This document shows, piece by piece, positions 24,901 through 37,982 of a stretch of DNA of 64,000 bases (its first letter is position 1; each line of letters starts with the position of its first letter). The translations under genes and the position numbers were made by a program. This stretch comes from Thalia democratica (taxonomy: Eukaryota): the NCBI GenBank assembly GCA_965202585.1, contig OZ241834.1, forward strand, positions 21,576,001 through 21,640,000, written 5' to 3'. Below the pieces are notes generated by a model. The model ran no database searches. It saw only the letters and a program-made list of their open reading frames with translations, and was not told the DNA's origin.

Positions 24901-27900
24901 TATAAAATTTTTATAAGACTTTTAAACGAAATTTACAGTAAACTTTATTGCACTAGTTTTAAGACTAATATTCAGTGCTTGTAGGTTTGTATCGAAACTT
25001 TTGACAATAAAAATGGCAAAATAAAGTTTATATAATTAGACGAAGTATAACATTTATTTATTAAAAAAAGTAATAGTTTGTGTCTATGTTAGTAAATTGA
25101 TTTTATTTTTAGTTCCAAGAAAACGTTCCTGTAGTTGCAAAAACAAAAGTTCACAGATCTATTTCTAAAGAGGCATCACCTAAAATTTTACCAGAAAAAG
25201 TAAGTTTTTGTTAAAGTTGAAAACATAAAGTATTTTGGTGACTATTAGCTTTTGTAATTTAAAAAAATATCTTCTAAAGCCTCTAAATTTATGCTTTTCA
25301 TGGTCTGGTTTTTCAAGCTATATATAATTTTTTTACCTATTATTTATGCTATTAAAACTTAAGTTTTTATAAGCTATATATAAAAACATGGTTTTATTTT
25401 CAAACTTGTAAGTCATAAGTACAAATTAATGTTTTGTGTCTAAATAATAATTTAACAAACAAAACATTAACTGTTACAACCAGGCAGAAGTAACTTTTAA
25501 AAATTTTGTTTAGATTGTATTAATTTCTATATCAAGTAATTATTTTTGTATAGAATATAACCAGATAAATATTCTGTATGTATGTATAATCTTAATGTCA
25601 AGATATAGTGAAGTTTTTTGTTAAATTTTAATTCAAATAATTTTTGTACTTTATTTCATCTGAACACAAAATAACTATTTTTTTCTATGAGAAAGTAACT
25701 GATTATATTTTAATTTTTAACGACTACTTTTTAACTAAAATTAAACTTTATTACGATAATAACTTTTTTTAATTTAATAACTCGTCACTTCTTCTTTTTA
25801 TAGCTTTCTTTTTTCAGGTTAAAAAAGGTAGAAAAACTAGCATCGAGGAAATTGAAAAAAAGGAAACACCAAGACGAAGGGGTCCTACTAAAACTTACAA
25901 GGTATAACAAAAAGGATTATTAGTACAAAACAAACTTTTTACTATACTTTACTCATACATTGAAATAAAAAGAAAAACAATGTTTTTTTATCGAAAATAC
26001 TTTTAAACGAGTTTTATATACTGTACAGAAAAATAACAAGCTTATTGATGAGCCAACGCTATTTGATGGCACTTATGAAAGAAACACCGTGACTGCTCCT
26101 AAGACCACAACTTTTCCCGTTTCCATTCCCGCTAAAACTGAAAAAGTAAGTATGTTTATCTAAAGGCTATGTTATAATACATACAAGTGTAAGTGTGGTA
26201 ATAAAAGTAACTGGCTTTAAAATTTTAAGTTTAACTTTAATCTAATTTTAAGAAATTTTATAAACATAAATCACATGATTGTTTTATAATCTTTATATAG
26301 TTTAGAAATTAAAAATTGAAACATTTTTCAAAAAAATTATAAAAAAATTTATTCAAAGACCTTAAAGCTTAAAGCCTTTAAAACCAAACATTACAAACAT
26401 AAAGTTTAGTAATTGCAAAATTTGTTAAAAAATAATTAAAACAATGTAACTGAAAATATAGTAAATTATTTTTGTTATGCATGGACTTTTGAAATTTTTG
26501 AAAAACAATTACGAATAGAGTTAAGTACAGTGATACATAATAATGAAACCAACTTAATAGTACAACTATAGTATTGACTAATATCGTCAAATCATATAAA
26601 TTTATTTCTAGAATTAAGTATTGTTGGATGCAAAGAATTATAAAAAAGCTATGTGCACTATTATTTTAGCTGAGTTTGTTTTCAAAACAAAATTACTGAA
26701 ATTTTTTTTAACCACTTTATGAATATATGTATGATTCAAGTATGTATTTAAAATAGTTGTTTAGCAACTTTAAAATAGAGAAAGTATGTTTGACTGAATT
26801 TAACAAAAATAAAAAAAAAACAAAAAAACGCAAAATCGAGAGTTTACATAGTGTTACTGAACTCCTTAAAAGTGTTAATTAAGAAATTTTTGTTAATCTA
26901 AAACAAATAGTTAAAGTACAGAACTCTACCTTTATGTTTGTTGTTTTTTATATTTAAAAACACTTTCATCTTTGAGGCCACTATACTAAAGTGTACTTAA
27001 TTTACAAAGGAATTATTTAAACACATTTTAAAATCATTTCAGTTTGATAATTAACTTATTTATAATATTATGGTATTACATTCATACTAAGTGCTTTTTT
27101 TTGTTTGACATTATTGTCTTCTTATCATTTAAAGTCAAACCATTTTTTAACTAAACACTTTAACAAACTTGTATAAACAAATAAAACTCTAAAACTTGTA
27201 TAACTAAGATTTTTTTTTAGTTGAAAAAAGGATTGTTATAGCTTTTCAATATTTATTTTTATTATTTTCTATTATTCATAGAAAAAAAAAGCAAGAATTA
27301 TTGATATCTTAAAATAATTAATGTATAAAACAATAGTTAGATTTACAGCTTTAGTCTTGTATTTTGTATTTGAGAAATTTCAAAAATACGAAAACAAAAA
27401 AGTTAAAACGCTTTACACTGAAAAAGCCTTTGTATTAGTATCAATCAACACTTTTTTCAATATTCAAATTTTAAATGTCAATGCAAGTTCAGAATAAATT
27501 AAAATTAGATCAAAAGTTTTAACTGTTTTTTTAGAGGTCATAAAAACTCTTGTACCCTTTTAAAACTGTCAATAATGAAATTACTTTTTTTGTTGTTAAA
27601 AAAATTGAGTGCCTTTAGACTTTGAAAAAGCGAATAAACGACTTAAGCCACATTAATAAAAACTGCAATGATTAGATAAATTATTTAACTTTAACATTTC
27701 ATCGATACTAATTTTGTAAAAGTACCATTTTGTTCAAATGGCAGTTACTATACATAAATGCACTAAAACCACTCTTTCCTTCCTTCGTTTCTGCTATTTA
27801 GCGAATGACGTCATAAAAGCTGATAAAACACCAAGTACACGTAATAGTAATTGACGCAGGCGAATTTAAGCTTTCTCCCAGGAGAAATTGTACATGCCGA

Positions 27901-29127
27901 TGTTTTGTCACAGTGCTCGGCTGTTATCTGCGCTGTCAACAAAAAATTCTTTTGTTATGCGCATTATCGAAATTTGTGATTGTAACTTAAGAAAAATAGA
28001 TTGTTCGTTGTTATATCTTTTTAAAGTAAAACACTTTCATAATTTTTTTAATCAACAAGTTCCAAACAAAGTTTCAAAGCAAATTAATGTAAACTATGTG
28101 CTGGACAATAAACACTTACTAGGAAATATAATTGTTGCTTATATTGCTTGCTGAATTATATACCGTATTGCTTGAATACTTGATAAATGATAAAGTAACC
28201 AAAACTTATAGTTTTTATTTTTAACTTTCTAATTCTCTTAAGACAATTAAAACCACTTTTACACGATTAGAAAAGTGTTAAGAAAATGTTATGTTTAATA
28301 TTTAAATTGTTAAACGTCTTGATAAATAGATTGTTCCAAACATAAGTTGTTCTTTGTCAATTACAAGTTTTTTTTTAATAATGTTGAACAGAACAAAAAA
28401 ATGATAAAACTCAAATTAAAGTGCTTAATGTTTTTGCTATAGTACTTTTTATTGTTATTCATAATAAAATATCGTTTTCTTTATTCATTATACAAACTAA
28501 ATTTGAAAGTTACTCTTATATTTTTATGCGTAATTTAACTGTTAATGATAAACTTATTAGAAAAACTTTAAGGCCAACCCGAAAAAGCTGAGCATAAACA
28601 TATCTTCGAAGTGCAACGAAACGACAAAAACCCCGAGCACCAAAGAAACCCCTAAACCAAAAAAGCACGACTTTTCCGCATCCACCAAAAGCGCAACTCC
28701 GACTTACTCCTCCTCAATAGTGGTGAAGCCCCCGACCACACCGAAAAGAACCCCCATGCAGAGGAAAGTATCAAAAGAAATCGCGTCGCCGCCGTTGAAG
28801 CCTGCAAACGACTCGAACAAAATGAAGCAGAAAATCTCAAATGAAATAAAACCGCCGGGTGGCGCCAGAACTGAGTCACCGGACGTAATCGACTACAAGG
28901 AAGGACAAAAGTACGATAGCGACGAGTACGAGGTGGTGGAGGTGACGGACACTTCGGAGGAGGAGGAAGTTGAGCAGACTCCTCCTCCCGCGCAGGACAT
29001 GAACGCGAGGAGGCAGGCGTGGATGCGGGCGAGGCAGAGGGAGGAAAAAGAGGAGGAGGAGGAGGTGAAGCTGCCGAGGAGGAAGTGGAGGTCAGCATAT
29101 CGGGGAAGCACCAGCGATGAAAGTTAA
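15899..29127 (+). CDS. Lmod/Tmod: Tropomodulin/leiomodin-family actin-binding protein, 20 coding exons, ~1141 aa if all exons are included
   Basis: Phase-consistent GT-AG exons: 15899-16000, 17263-17412, 17675-17768, 17942-18083, 18799-18988, 19519-19700, 20271-20493, 20799-20997, 21138-21270, 21883-22009, 22232-22309, 22512-22964, 23272-23379, 23442-23600, 23722-23826, 24299-24436, 25113-25199, 25818-25901, 26029-26145, 28573-29127 (total 3426 nt). N-terminus YIDIDEDQILSGLSAQELEQLE resembles the Tmod/Lmod tropomyosin-binding helix. LRR cap domain: KNDPTLKEVNLNNI...LNVESNFITG...ELRIDNQ...FGYQF...NMDIVRKKR. Also a Gln-rich coil, poly-Pro and two WH2-like motifs. Confidence 0.88.
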
Positions 29128-31665
29128 CTTGTTGGTTTTGACTTTGCCCTGAAAACATTTAAAATGTTTAGATTTAGTGACGTTTGATTGTGAGTTCATT
29201 AAGTTTTTGATTGTTAAAATTAATATTACAAAAACTTATTTGAACTAATTTGTGTTAGCTTATTAATAAACATTGAAACTATTTTTAATTTTAAGTCGTA
29301 TTAATTAGAATTCAAAAATAATTTGAACGGGTGCGTTTTTGTTTTGAACCTATTTAGGTCTTTAACATTTTTTCTTTTAACAAAAATTCTTTTTATGTAA
29401 CTTCATTTACTTTTCAAACAAGTTTTAACATTTTTAGTTTTTATAAATCAAAGAAGACAAAACTTAAGAAGCTAAAAACAATTTTTTACCACTGACTTTG
29501 ACTTTTATTATGTAAAATTTGTCTTTTATCGAATGCTATACATTAGTAAGTAATTGTATTCATTCCTTGTTGCTGACTACAGTAACATAAAGGTCAGTTT
29601 CTTTATAGAACTTTCCAAAAAAGTCTGCTAAACAAATTTAAAAAATATAATTTTAATAAATAACTAACATTGATAGACTCAGATCTTTCATGTTTTAAAA
29701 AGTTTATACACTTAATGTGTTTTAACTAGATTGTAGTAGTTTTGATAACATTTGACTTATCAAGTAAAAATAATGTTAAAAATGTTAAAAAACTTTTTTT
29801 TTTTACTATTGATTTACAAAATCTTCTGTTATAAATGTAAATTGTTTAAAAGAAAGTCTAGTAAAACAATGTTTAGAGATTAAATCAAATTCAATACTTC
29901 AAACTTATTCTTTCAAAATATGTATGTACCTTTTAAAATTAAACGCTGTTTCATTCTTAACATATAATTAAAGCTTGTTAAGTTGTTAGCCAAGTTAATT
30001 ACTGCTAACATTTGCAACAGTACTTTCAATGAGTTATCGTTTGTTGTGGTTTGTTGTCACCGTTTGTACACGCAGTTTTAAAGACTACTTGTCTAAACAA
30101 GGTTAAAGAGATCGTAATTTTTTAAATCATTTAATTTAAACAGTTTTGTGACCGATTTTTTACAAACAAAATGTAAACACAAGTTTAAAATAACTTGTTT
30201 ACTTATCCATAATATAATTTTCGTCTAATGTTTCTCAAAATATAATAAAGGACGTTTAAACTTGTTATAAAATGATACATAAGTTTTTCAACAAATGTAA
30301 AGGAGCTTTACTGATATACTTACATTATTTACATAGCAATAGTGATAAATGTTTATTGATCATTTTCCGTATTATACCGATGATTATTTTTTTGTCTTAG
30401 TTTTTTATAGAGTTTAAAAAGTGTTTTTAAATTAATTTGCAGCTCGTTTATCAATTTTAGTTTGTTTTTTTTCGAGAAATTACATTTTTTTAAATTGATA
30501 TATTACTTGTTAAAACAATGTATAAATAAATGTTTATTAAAAGTATTTTAACTTATGTTTTCAAAAAGTTTATTTTTATTTACAGCAATTAATTAATTAA
30601 AGTATTAGCCGCTTGCTTTGTTTTAACACGAATTAACTTTATATATTTAAGATACTCAGCAGATTTTATTTATGTTTTCGTTTAGAAATTACAGCAGATG
30701 CTGTAGAAATACTAAGCTAAAATAAATTTTAAACTATCAACTTTAGTTTTTAAGTTTTATCCTGAACAAAAAATTGTTTAAAACGTTATCAAATAAACTC
30801 ATCTTCAAGTAAACTTTTCAATTCAGTTAGTTTTTGATAAGTAATAAAGCAATAAAATAAAATTTTTGTTTGTTACCAAGCTGGTAAAACTTTTGTTATA
30901 TTCTTCTAAGTTTTCATAAAGAACTAAAGTTTTGTGCTATGAATATTAAATTGAACCTTTGTGTTGTCGGTATTTTAGTGTTATAAAACGTACGGAATCC
31001 GTACTACGGATTATTGTAATTATTAACAACAAAGTTAAATAAGTGCTATAAAAGTTTTACAATCATAACATTAAAAAACCGTTCCAAGACCTTAATTGAT
31101 TTTCAACAATGTAGAAAAAAAGTAGCGTATATTTCTATACTTACTTTCAATTTTCTATCAGTATACTTTTTATACTTCTAACGCAGAGTTTTCCAAAGTG
31201 AGCGATATCGCCCCCCTGGGGGCGATTTTAGTATGTTGGGGGGCGATAACTAGTAAGGGGGCGAAAGGGTGGGCGATAACTAGTAAGGGGGCGAAAAGGG
31301 GGCGATTTTAAAATTTTGGGCTGTCATAAAATTTTTACTTTTTATATTGCTATTTTACTAATTTTAGCTTGCTATCGAATATTTGACCCTGAGGTAAAAC
31401 TTAAACAAAAAAAATTATTTTGTTAGAAGAATATAGAGAAAAAATCAAGTACTTATGACTCCTACTTTCAAGTAAATTACATACATATTTTCATTCATAT
31501 ATTTTCTTATTTCACAATTACATAGATCATAGACGATCGGAATCCCTCTAACCATTTTATAACCTGACATATATGTTATTTGGGATCATAAATGGTTTGT
31601 AAAAATCTATGTTATATGTTGTTAAATTTCTAGGTAAACTAGCAACCCTGAATACTTTTATTTTT

Positions 31666-31715
31666 ATTGGAAATATCATGAGGTGATAGTTATATCACCT
31701 CATGATATTTCCAAT
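31666..31715. repeat. Perfect 23-bp inverted repeat with a 4-nt loop
   Basis: ATTGGAAATATCATGAGGTGATA-gtta-TATCACCTCATGATATTTCCAAT. Confidence 0.95.
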
Positions 31716-32437
31716 TGTTTTTTGAAAAGTCACTAAGTTAGACTAATAAATAAAATTATACAGGGTTGCCAATTTACCTAGAAACCTGAAAAAATCTGGA
31801 ATTTGACAATTTAGGCAAAAAAAAAACCTAAAAAATCTGGAATTTTTAACGATTTCAACATATTAAGTAGTAAAATTTTGATTTGACACAAAAAAACTAT
31901 CATATAGATAAAATTATGGATCCCTTCGAGGCAGATCTTTTTGAAGTAAACGACTTACAGGAAACCTTCTCAGACTTACAAACTGACCTTGAACTTAAAG
32001 TAAATTTTTCCAAAGAACGATATGAAAGCTTTTGTACTCAACAAAAACTAAGGCAAAAGTATCCAATCTTATGAGAGGAATTTAGATTGTTGTTTATAGT
32101 TTTTCCTTCTAGCTATGTTGTTGAGAAAGCTTTCAGTTCAGTTATCAACATCTTGAGCAAAAGATCTAATCTAGATATTTGTAAAGGAGACTTTATTTTA
32201 CTGATTGAGAATCAGATTAGAAAAACTTGCAAGCAGTCATGAACCTCATCCTTCATATTATATTAGACTTAAATGCAGAAATTAATTTATGAGATTTTTT
32301 TTATTTTAATTGATCTTTTAAAATACTTCTTATTTAACCTGGTTTGTATTGTATTTAAGTAGTCTTTTTATAATAAAAATTTTATTAAGTTATTTATTCT
32401 ACAACAGGTTTGCATAATACCTAATAAATATTAATTA

Positions 32438-32750
32438 CGGTAGACTTCCTCTTGAGTTCGCACATTTTACCCAAGAAAAGTGCAAATTTATATTTTCTAA
32501 AATTTAACTTAAATAAAGTTTATTACTAACTAAGTATTAACAAAACAAAAAATACATAATATTTAATAGCTTATATAAATATTTTTTTAGTGAATGTTTG
32601 TTTTATTATTTAGTTGATTTCATGTTTATTCATAACGTTATTGCATATAACATATTTAAATTTATCATTTTGTATAAAAAAATGGTAACAATTTTTGAGT
32701 TTAAACTTTTTGATTTTGTTCAAAGTGCGAACTGAAGAGGAAGTCTACTG
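32438..32750. mobile_element. Tc1/mariner (pogo/Tigger-like) MITE nested in the hAT element
   Basis: ~28-bp TIRs cggtagacttcctcttgagttcgcac / gtgcgaactgaagaggaagtctactg, flanked by TA on both sides. Confidence 0.78.
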
Positions 32751-34820
32751 TATTTATAAAATGGTTTATGTTTTAAATATGTTAATAGCTTTGTTTTGAC
32801 CTGGACAATTTTGTAGTTTATATTTGTCGATTTACATTACACCAAAAGTTTTTATAGCATAGTTATTAAAGTATTTGTTTGACATCTTTTTCTTATTACT
32901 TGTTAAATCTGTATAAATAAAAAATCTTGATAACTATTAAAGTTTTTATTTCAATTTTTTTTTTTGGTTTTAAAAGAGTATAGATTTGAGGTCTCTGTTA
33001 GAAATTACTTTAAATTTTTCATTTAAAAGATTCTTAAACTCAATTTTATTTTCTAACTTGATTTATTATTGTTAAAAAATCTATATATTAAGGAGTTTTA
33101 AACTATTAATACAACTGTTTTTTGTTTTATCTTAATTTTTAAGGATTAGCAATTAGATTGTGTTGTTTATTTTAATAGCTCAACACTAGATTTTAGTTTT
33201 TCACTATTTTCTTCTTGTAAATTATTATAGGCTAATAACTAGAGAAAAAATAAGTTTAAACTGTATTAAATAAGCCATCAAAATGACTGCTACAGTTACA
33301 GTTAAAACAAAATTTTAACCTTATTAAAAAATTTTTTAATCGATTACTTTCCGTTCACAAAATTAACTGTAAAAATTTTGATTTTATTTTTTTGAATTTA
33401 AATTAAGAAAAAAGAAATTGTTAAAATTAAGGTTTAGTTTCCTAAAGGTTATTCCAAGTCAAATACTACTTAATGGTATTCTACTACAAAACATATAGTT
33501 AAAAAAGTTTAAAATTAGGTTTTTAACTTTACAACTAACTTGCTTATAATATATCTTAGTATTGAAATTTATAATTTTACTGCATTAACTGAAGCTGTTG
33601 ATGAAACCACTTTTCATGTGAGATAATCAACCAGTTGATCAAACTTCCTCAAACTAGATCAGAAACTATGTTTTAATATTTATTTTGTTATATGTAAAAT
33701 AAACTGTTCATTCTTTTATAGTTTTTTAATCTCTGGTATAGTAATTTTAGTTTATGCCTATCTATAAAATAATTTAAGTATTTTGTGCGGCTTAGATAAG
33801 TTACTTAGTATTAACTTCTACATGTCCGAAATTTGTTATATGAGATATTATTATAATGTCAGGTTTAAGTTAAGATTTCAGATGGGTAACGTACGGTTAA
33901 GATCCAGTCAAATTTCGACCCGCTAAGTAACTTGAAAAGTACTTGTGCAAAATAAACAAAATTTAGCCTTTTGATACTTAATATTTTGAAATACACTTTC
34001 AATTTGGTTTTCAGTTCACAAAAGTATTTCCTAGATCACAATAATAATAAATAACTTTATTACAATTTTGCTCGAGTTTTTTAATTTTCATATATGTTAT
34101 TTTTTTAAATTATGCAGCCCGCAATTACATTTTTTAAACAAGTTGAAACTAGAAAAGATTTTTTAGTAAATATGAATTGCTGACTACAAAATTTGTCCAC
34201 CACTACCCTAAAAGTTTCATTAGTTTCGAAACAATTCATATCTAAACAGGATTGATTACAGATTACACAAGGCTTTTTAATAATTAAGTATTTTAATACA
34301 CTTTACTTGGCTTATAAGAAAACAAATGTAACTTATTTTCTCAAGCCCTGTAAACTACTTCGAACACAGCCCAAAAGTGCGTGCATAAGAAGTACCAGAC
34401 TAAATTACATTTCGAACACAACTTTTTCGGCTCAAAAGTTTGTAAACAAGAGAAAAACTACTTTGTAAAATCGTGGGGGGCGATTATTTTTTAAATTTCT
34501 GAAAAGGGGGCGAATTAGAAAATGAGTTTGGGAAACCCTGTTCTAACGTTTAGCAACACTAGGTTGTCTATCAAAAAGTTTTTACGCTTTATCAAAAAAC
34601 AAATTCCTGTTCACAAAAAAACCATTAAGAGTAGGTGAGTAGATGTAAACCACCAGAAGGGTTTTAACAAAACAGCATAAAGAGCTATAAAGTGTTAGTA
34701 AAGTTTCAGTAAAGCTTAAATGTCCGTAAAAAATGCAATTTAACCTAACTTAATTAGTGAAAGTAGTTCTGATAATGCTTTTGTTACAACTATGTTAACT
34801 AAACTCATGTCCATCTAGAC

Positions 34821-35311
34821 GGGTGGGTGTCAAACTTGTACGAACGGACAAAATTGCACGAGGGGACAAAATTGCACGTAAACAAAATAGTACGAAGACA
34901 CTTTTGCACGAAGGGACATTTTTGCACGGATTGATTTTTTTGTTTGTTGTTATTTTTTAATTTTTTTCTTTTTAATTTTTTTTTACTTTTAGATAAGTTT
35001 ATTTATTTTATTATACTATCACTGTTACCTCTAACCATTACCCTCGGTCAGTAACTTTTTTTTTGTTTTTGCATTTTTATTAATTTAATTTTGCTTTCTG
35101 TTTTATATATTTTTTATCTGTTTTTTTTTTACTCTCGTGCAAAAATGACCCTTCGTGCAAAATTTTTACTCCTGCAAAATTTTCCTTTGGTAAAAATTTT
35201 CTTTGTGCAATTTTGTTCCCTCGTGCAAAAGTATCTTCGTGCAAAATAAGCCCTTCATGCAATTTTTTTTCGTGCAGCTAAGTACCCTCGTGCAATTTTA
35301 ACCCGTTACCC
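34821..35311. mobile_element. MITE with GGGT...ACCC termini and arrays of TGCACGA subterminal repeats
   Basis: 8-bp TSD atctagac (34813-34820, 35312-35319). Inverted arrays of aaaattgcacga / tcgtgcaa. Confidence 0.8.
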
Positions 35312-36017
35312 ATCTAGACAAAAGTTTCCTAAACTGTTTTTCATAAAGCCCTCTCCAATTAGAATTCTCAAAAAACTATCATAATAAGACCTTTTTAATT
35401 TCACAATATCACCAACTCTAGCATATCTTAATTTTAGTTTCAAATGTCAATCTTATGTTCCTCCCCTTGCTGCAAATAGCCTCCTTAGACTAAAATTGCC
35501 CAATTTGGGGCACCCTGACGTAGACCTTGATAATTTATATTTTATTGTATATAAAAAGTTTATATTATTATACTAAACAGACAAGTTGAATTTGAAAAAC
35601 ATTGTTAAATGAAGTGTTAATAATTTCTCAAAAGAATATTGTTTATAAAACTCATAATATCTTGTTTTGAGTTATGAAACAATTCATATACTAATGCCCT
35701 TAATTAGATGAAAAAACGTTTAAAATATGGTAAGTTTTATACTTTTGTAAAATTTTAGCTATACAAAGAACATAAAAGTTATTGAGTGTTAAAAATTTGA
35801 CAGTAAATTTCCGAAAAAAGTTATAGTTTACTATAATTTTATTTCTAAATTACCTTACAAACATATTTTAATATTTTTTAGTTAATGATAGTTAATTGAC
35901 TATAATCAAAACGGTAATTTTTTTCTTTGCCCTTTATTAATTATAAACGTTTTTGTTACTAATTTAACAATTCTTTGAAGGCATCTGTCTTCGTTCTTTA
36001 CTCAATAATGCTTTTCT

Positions 36018-37982
36018 TCAATTTAACTTCTCATTAAAAGCGTTTGTTCTTGGTATTTTCGAACCATGAGAATCAGCATATTCGTAAACAAAACGATAAA
36101 AAAGTGCAGCCTTCGGGTCGATTTTCCTTCCATCTATTTTCGGAATTTTTGATTTTTTACTTTTGTTTGTGAGCGAAAGAAAATGAGAGTTTTCAATTCC
36201 AGAGTCTGAAAAAGATTTTTTTTGGTTTAGCAATTTCTCAACAAACTCTTACAAAGAAACATTAAAATAGCAACAAAATAAACTGACCAGTGAGGATATC
36301 TTCGTTGCTTGCTGCTTTGTCAACCTTAAAATTGACCTGAAATTTAAATTTCGTAAATCTTTTATCTGATTCTATTTTTAAGACTTCAGTTAACATCGAG
36401 CAAATTCTTAAGAAGTATTAAACAAGCAAAAAATGGATGTTTAAGCAAATTTTATTTTATTTTATATTTTGACAACTTTCAACTTTTTATTTCGAAACAT
36501 AAAGGTTTTTTTTTATAATACAAAAAGTAGATATCCAAGCGAAAAAAATATACGGTTTCTTAATAATTATAAGATTTACTAACCTGATAGTTTGTGAAAG
36601 CTGTGGACACCAGAGTGAAAATTTCACCAATAAGAGGACGGAAAAAAGTGAATAAAAACAACAATGCCAAGTAAGTAAATATCAGCAAAGCATTGGCGAG
36701 TTTTATACATTCGTAAACAAAACGATGAAAAAAATCAACTTTCGGCTCAATTTTTCTTCCATCTACTTTTAGATTTATTGGTGTTTCGTTTGTGAGCAAA
36801 GAAGAGTTAGAATTTTCATTTTCAGAGTCTGTTAAAATTTTCTAGTTTAATATTTTTATTTGTTTCTTAAAGTTTATAGATATTAATTTTTATTTGAAGA
36901 TAAAAATTGTATCACAAATAGAAAAACTTACCAGAGATACAATCTTCGTTGCTTAATTCTTTGTCAACTGTCAAATTGATCTGAAGTTTTAAATTTTTTT
37001 ATTTAATATACTTTTCTTATACTTACCAATTCAGATGATAAATATAAAATTAGAAGAAGTTATAAATATTTTAACATATAGACAACCAAAAACAGGTATC
37101 ATTTTATATATTTTTGTAATTTAGTTTTTAATATCACTTAACCTTCAAATTCAGGACGCAAAAAAAAATAGTACAAATTTTAAAAATACAAATTGAAATA
37201 CTCATAACCGAAAAACACACCGATTTGTTTAATTACTTTATATACTAACCTGGTATTTTCTGAAAGTTGTAGACATTAGAGTGAAAGTTTCACCAATAAA
37301 AGCACAGAAAAAAGTAAATAAAAATAGCAATGCCAAGAAATACTGGCAAGTTTTTTAAAATCAGCTGAAAACTTTGTCAAAGACAGGACTTTGTTTGATA
37401 ATTTGACCAAACATTGTGTTGTGTGAGTAAGTACATATTCCAACCTAAAAGTATCAAAAAATAAGTATTTATATTTTACACTTCAGTTTGATAAAATAAT
37501 AAAAAACTACTTTAAACTTTTACAGAGCCAATAAACAATTTTTTTGATCAAAAGTAAGTAAGTTAAGTTTTTTATTATAGTTGTACTCAATAAATAAACA
37601 CTAACATTTCGGAAAATACGAAGTAAACGACCAATCCAAAAACAGCTCCGACCAACGATAAATCATTGTCTTTTGTAGAACTGTAGAACTTTTCAAGTTT
37701 TATTTCTACTACTTTATAGACCAATGTCGATAGAGGTAGATCTTTTTTATCTGGAACTTTTTGATTGAATATGCTCATAAAATCATTTAGAAAAGATTTA
37801 TCTTTTTTCTTATCTTCTTCAATTTCTGATTCCAAGTGTTTCCTGAATGAAGCAAAATAGTATTGCTTCTTAGCAATTTCGGGCTCCTTAATGATGTTCA
37901 ATGGTTTCAACAAAACCTCATGAAGTAAATATTCAGCAGGTAAGAGGACTATAAAAAGAAATGCAATGACTTTTAAATTCAT
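36018..37982 (-). CDS. Unknown multi-exon predicted membrane protein with a tandemly duplicated exon module
   Basis: ATG at 37982 starts a hydrophobic N-terminus; donor near 37605. Two homologous modules follow: a small exon (INLTVDKELSNEDCIS vs VNFKVDKAASNEDILT, phase 0 to 1) and a larger exon (DSENEN..LTN..KVDGRKIEPK..FHRFVYE vs DSGIEN..LTN..KIDGRKIDPK..FYRFVYE). A TM segment LALLFLFTFF..GE.FTL.ST.F..YQ|gttagt occurs twice. Splicing around 37330-37445 is ambiguous (frameshift or short intron). Confidence 0.5.

Larger units (their letters stand above)
31184..34540 (+). mobile_element. Non-autonomous hAT (Buster/Charlie-type) transposon with transposase C-terminal remnant
   Basis: TIRs cagagttttccaaa / tttgggaaaccctg and an identical 8-bp TSD ttctaacg (31176-31183, 34541-34548). 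Subterminal GGGGGCGA repeats at both ends. Remnant KYPIL*EEFRLLFIVFPSSYVVEKAFSSV...KRSNLDICKGD at ~31916-32250 resembles the hAT dimerisation domain of ZBED8/SCAND3-type transposases. Confidence 0.9.
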
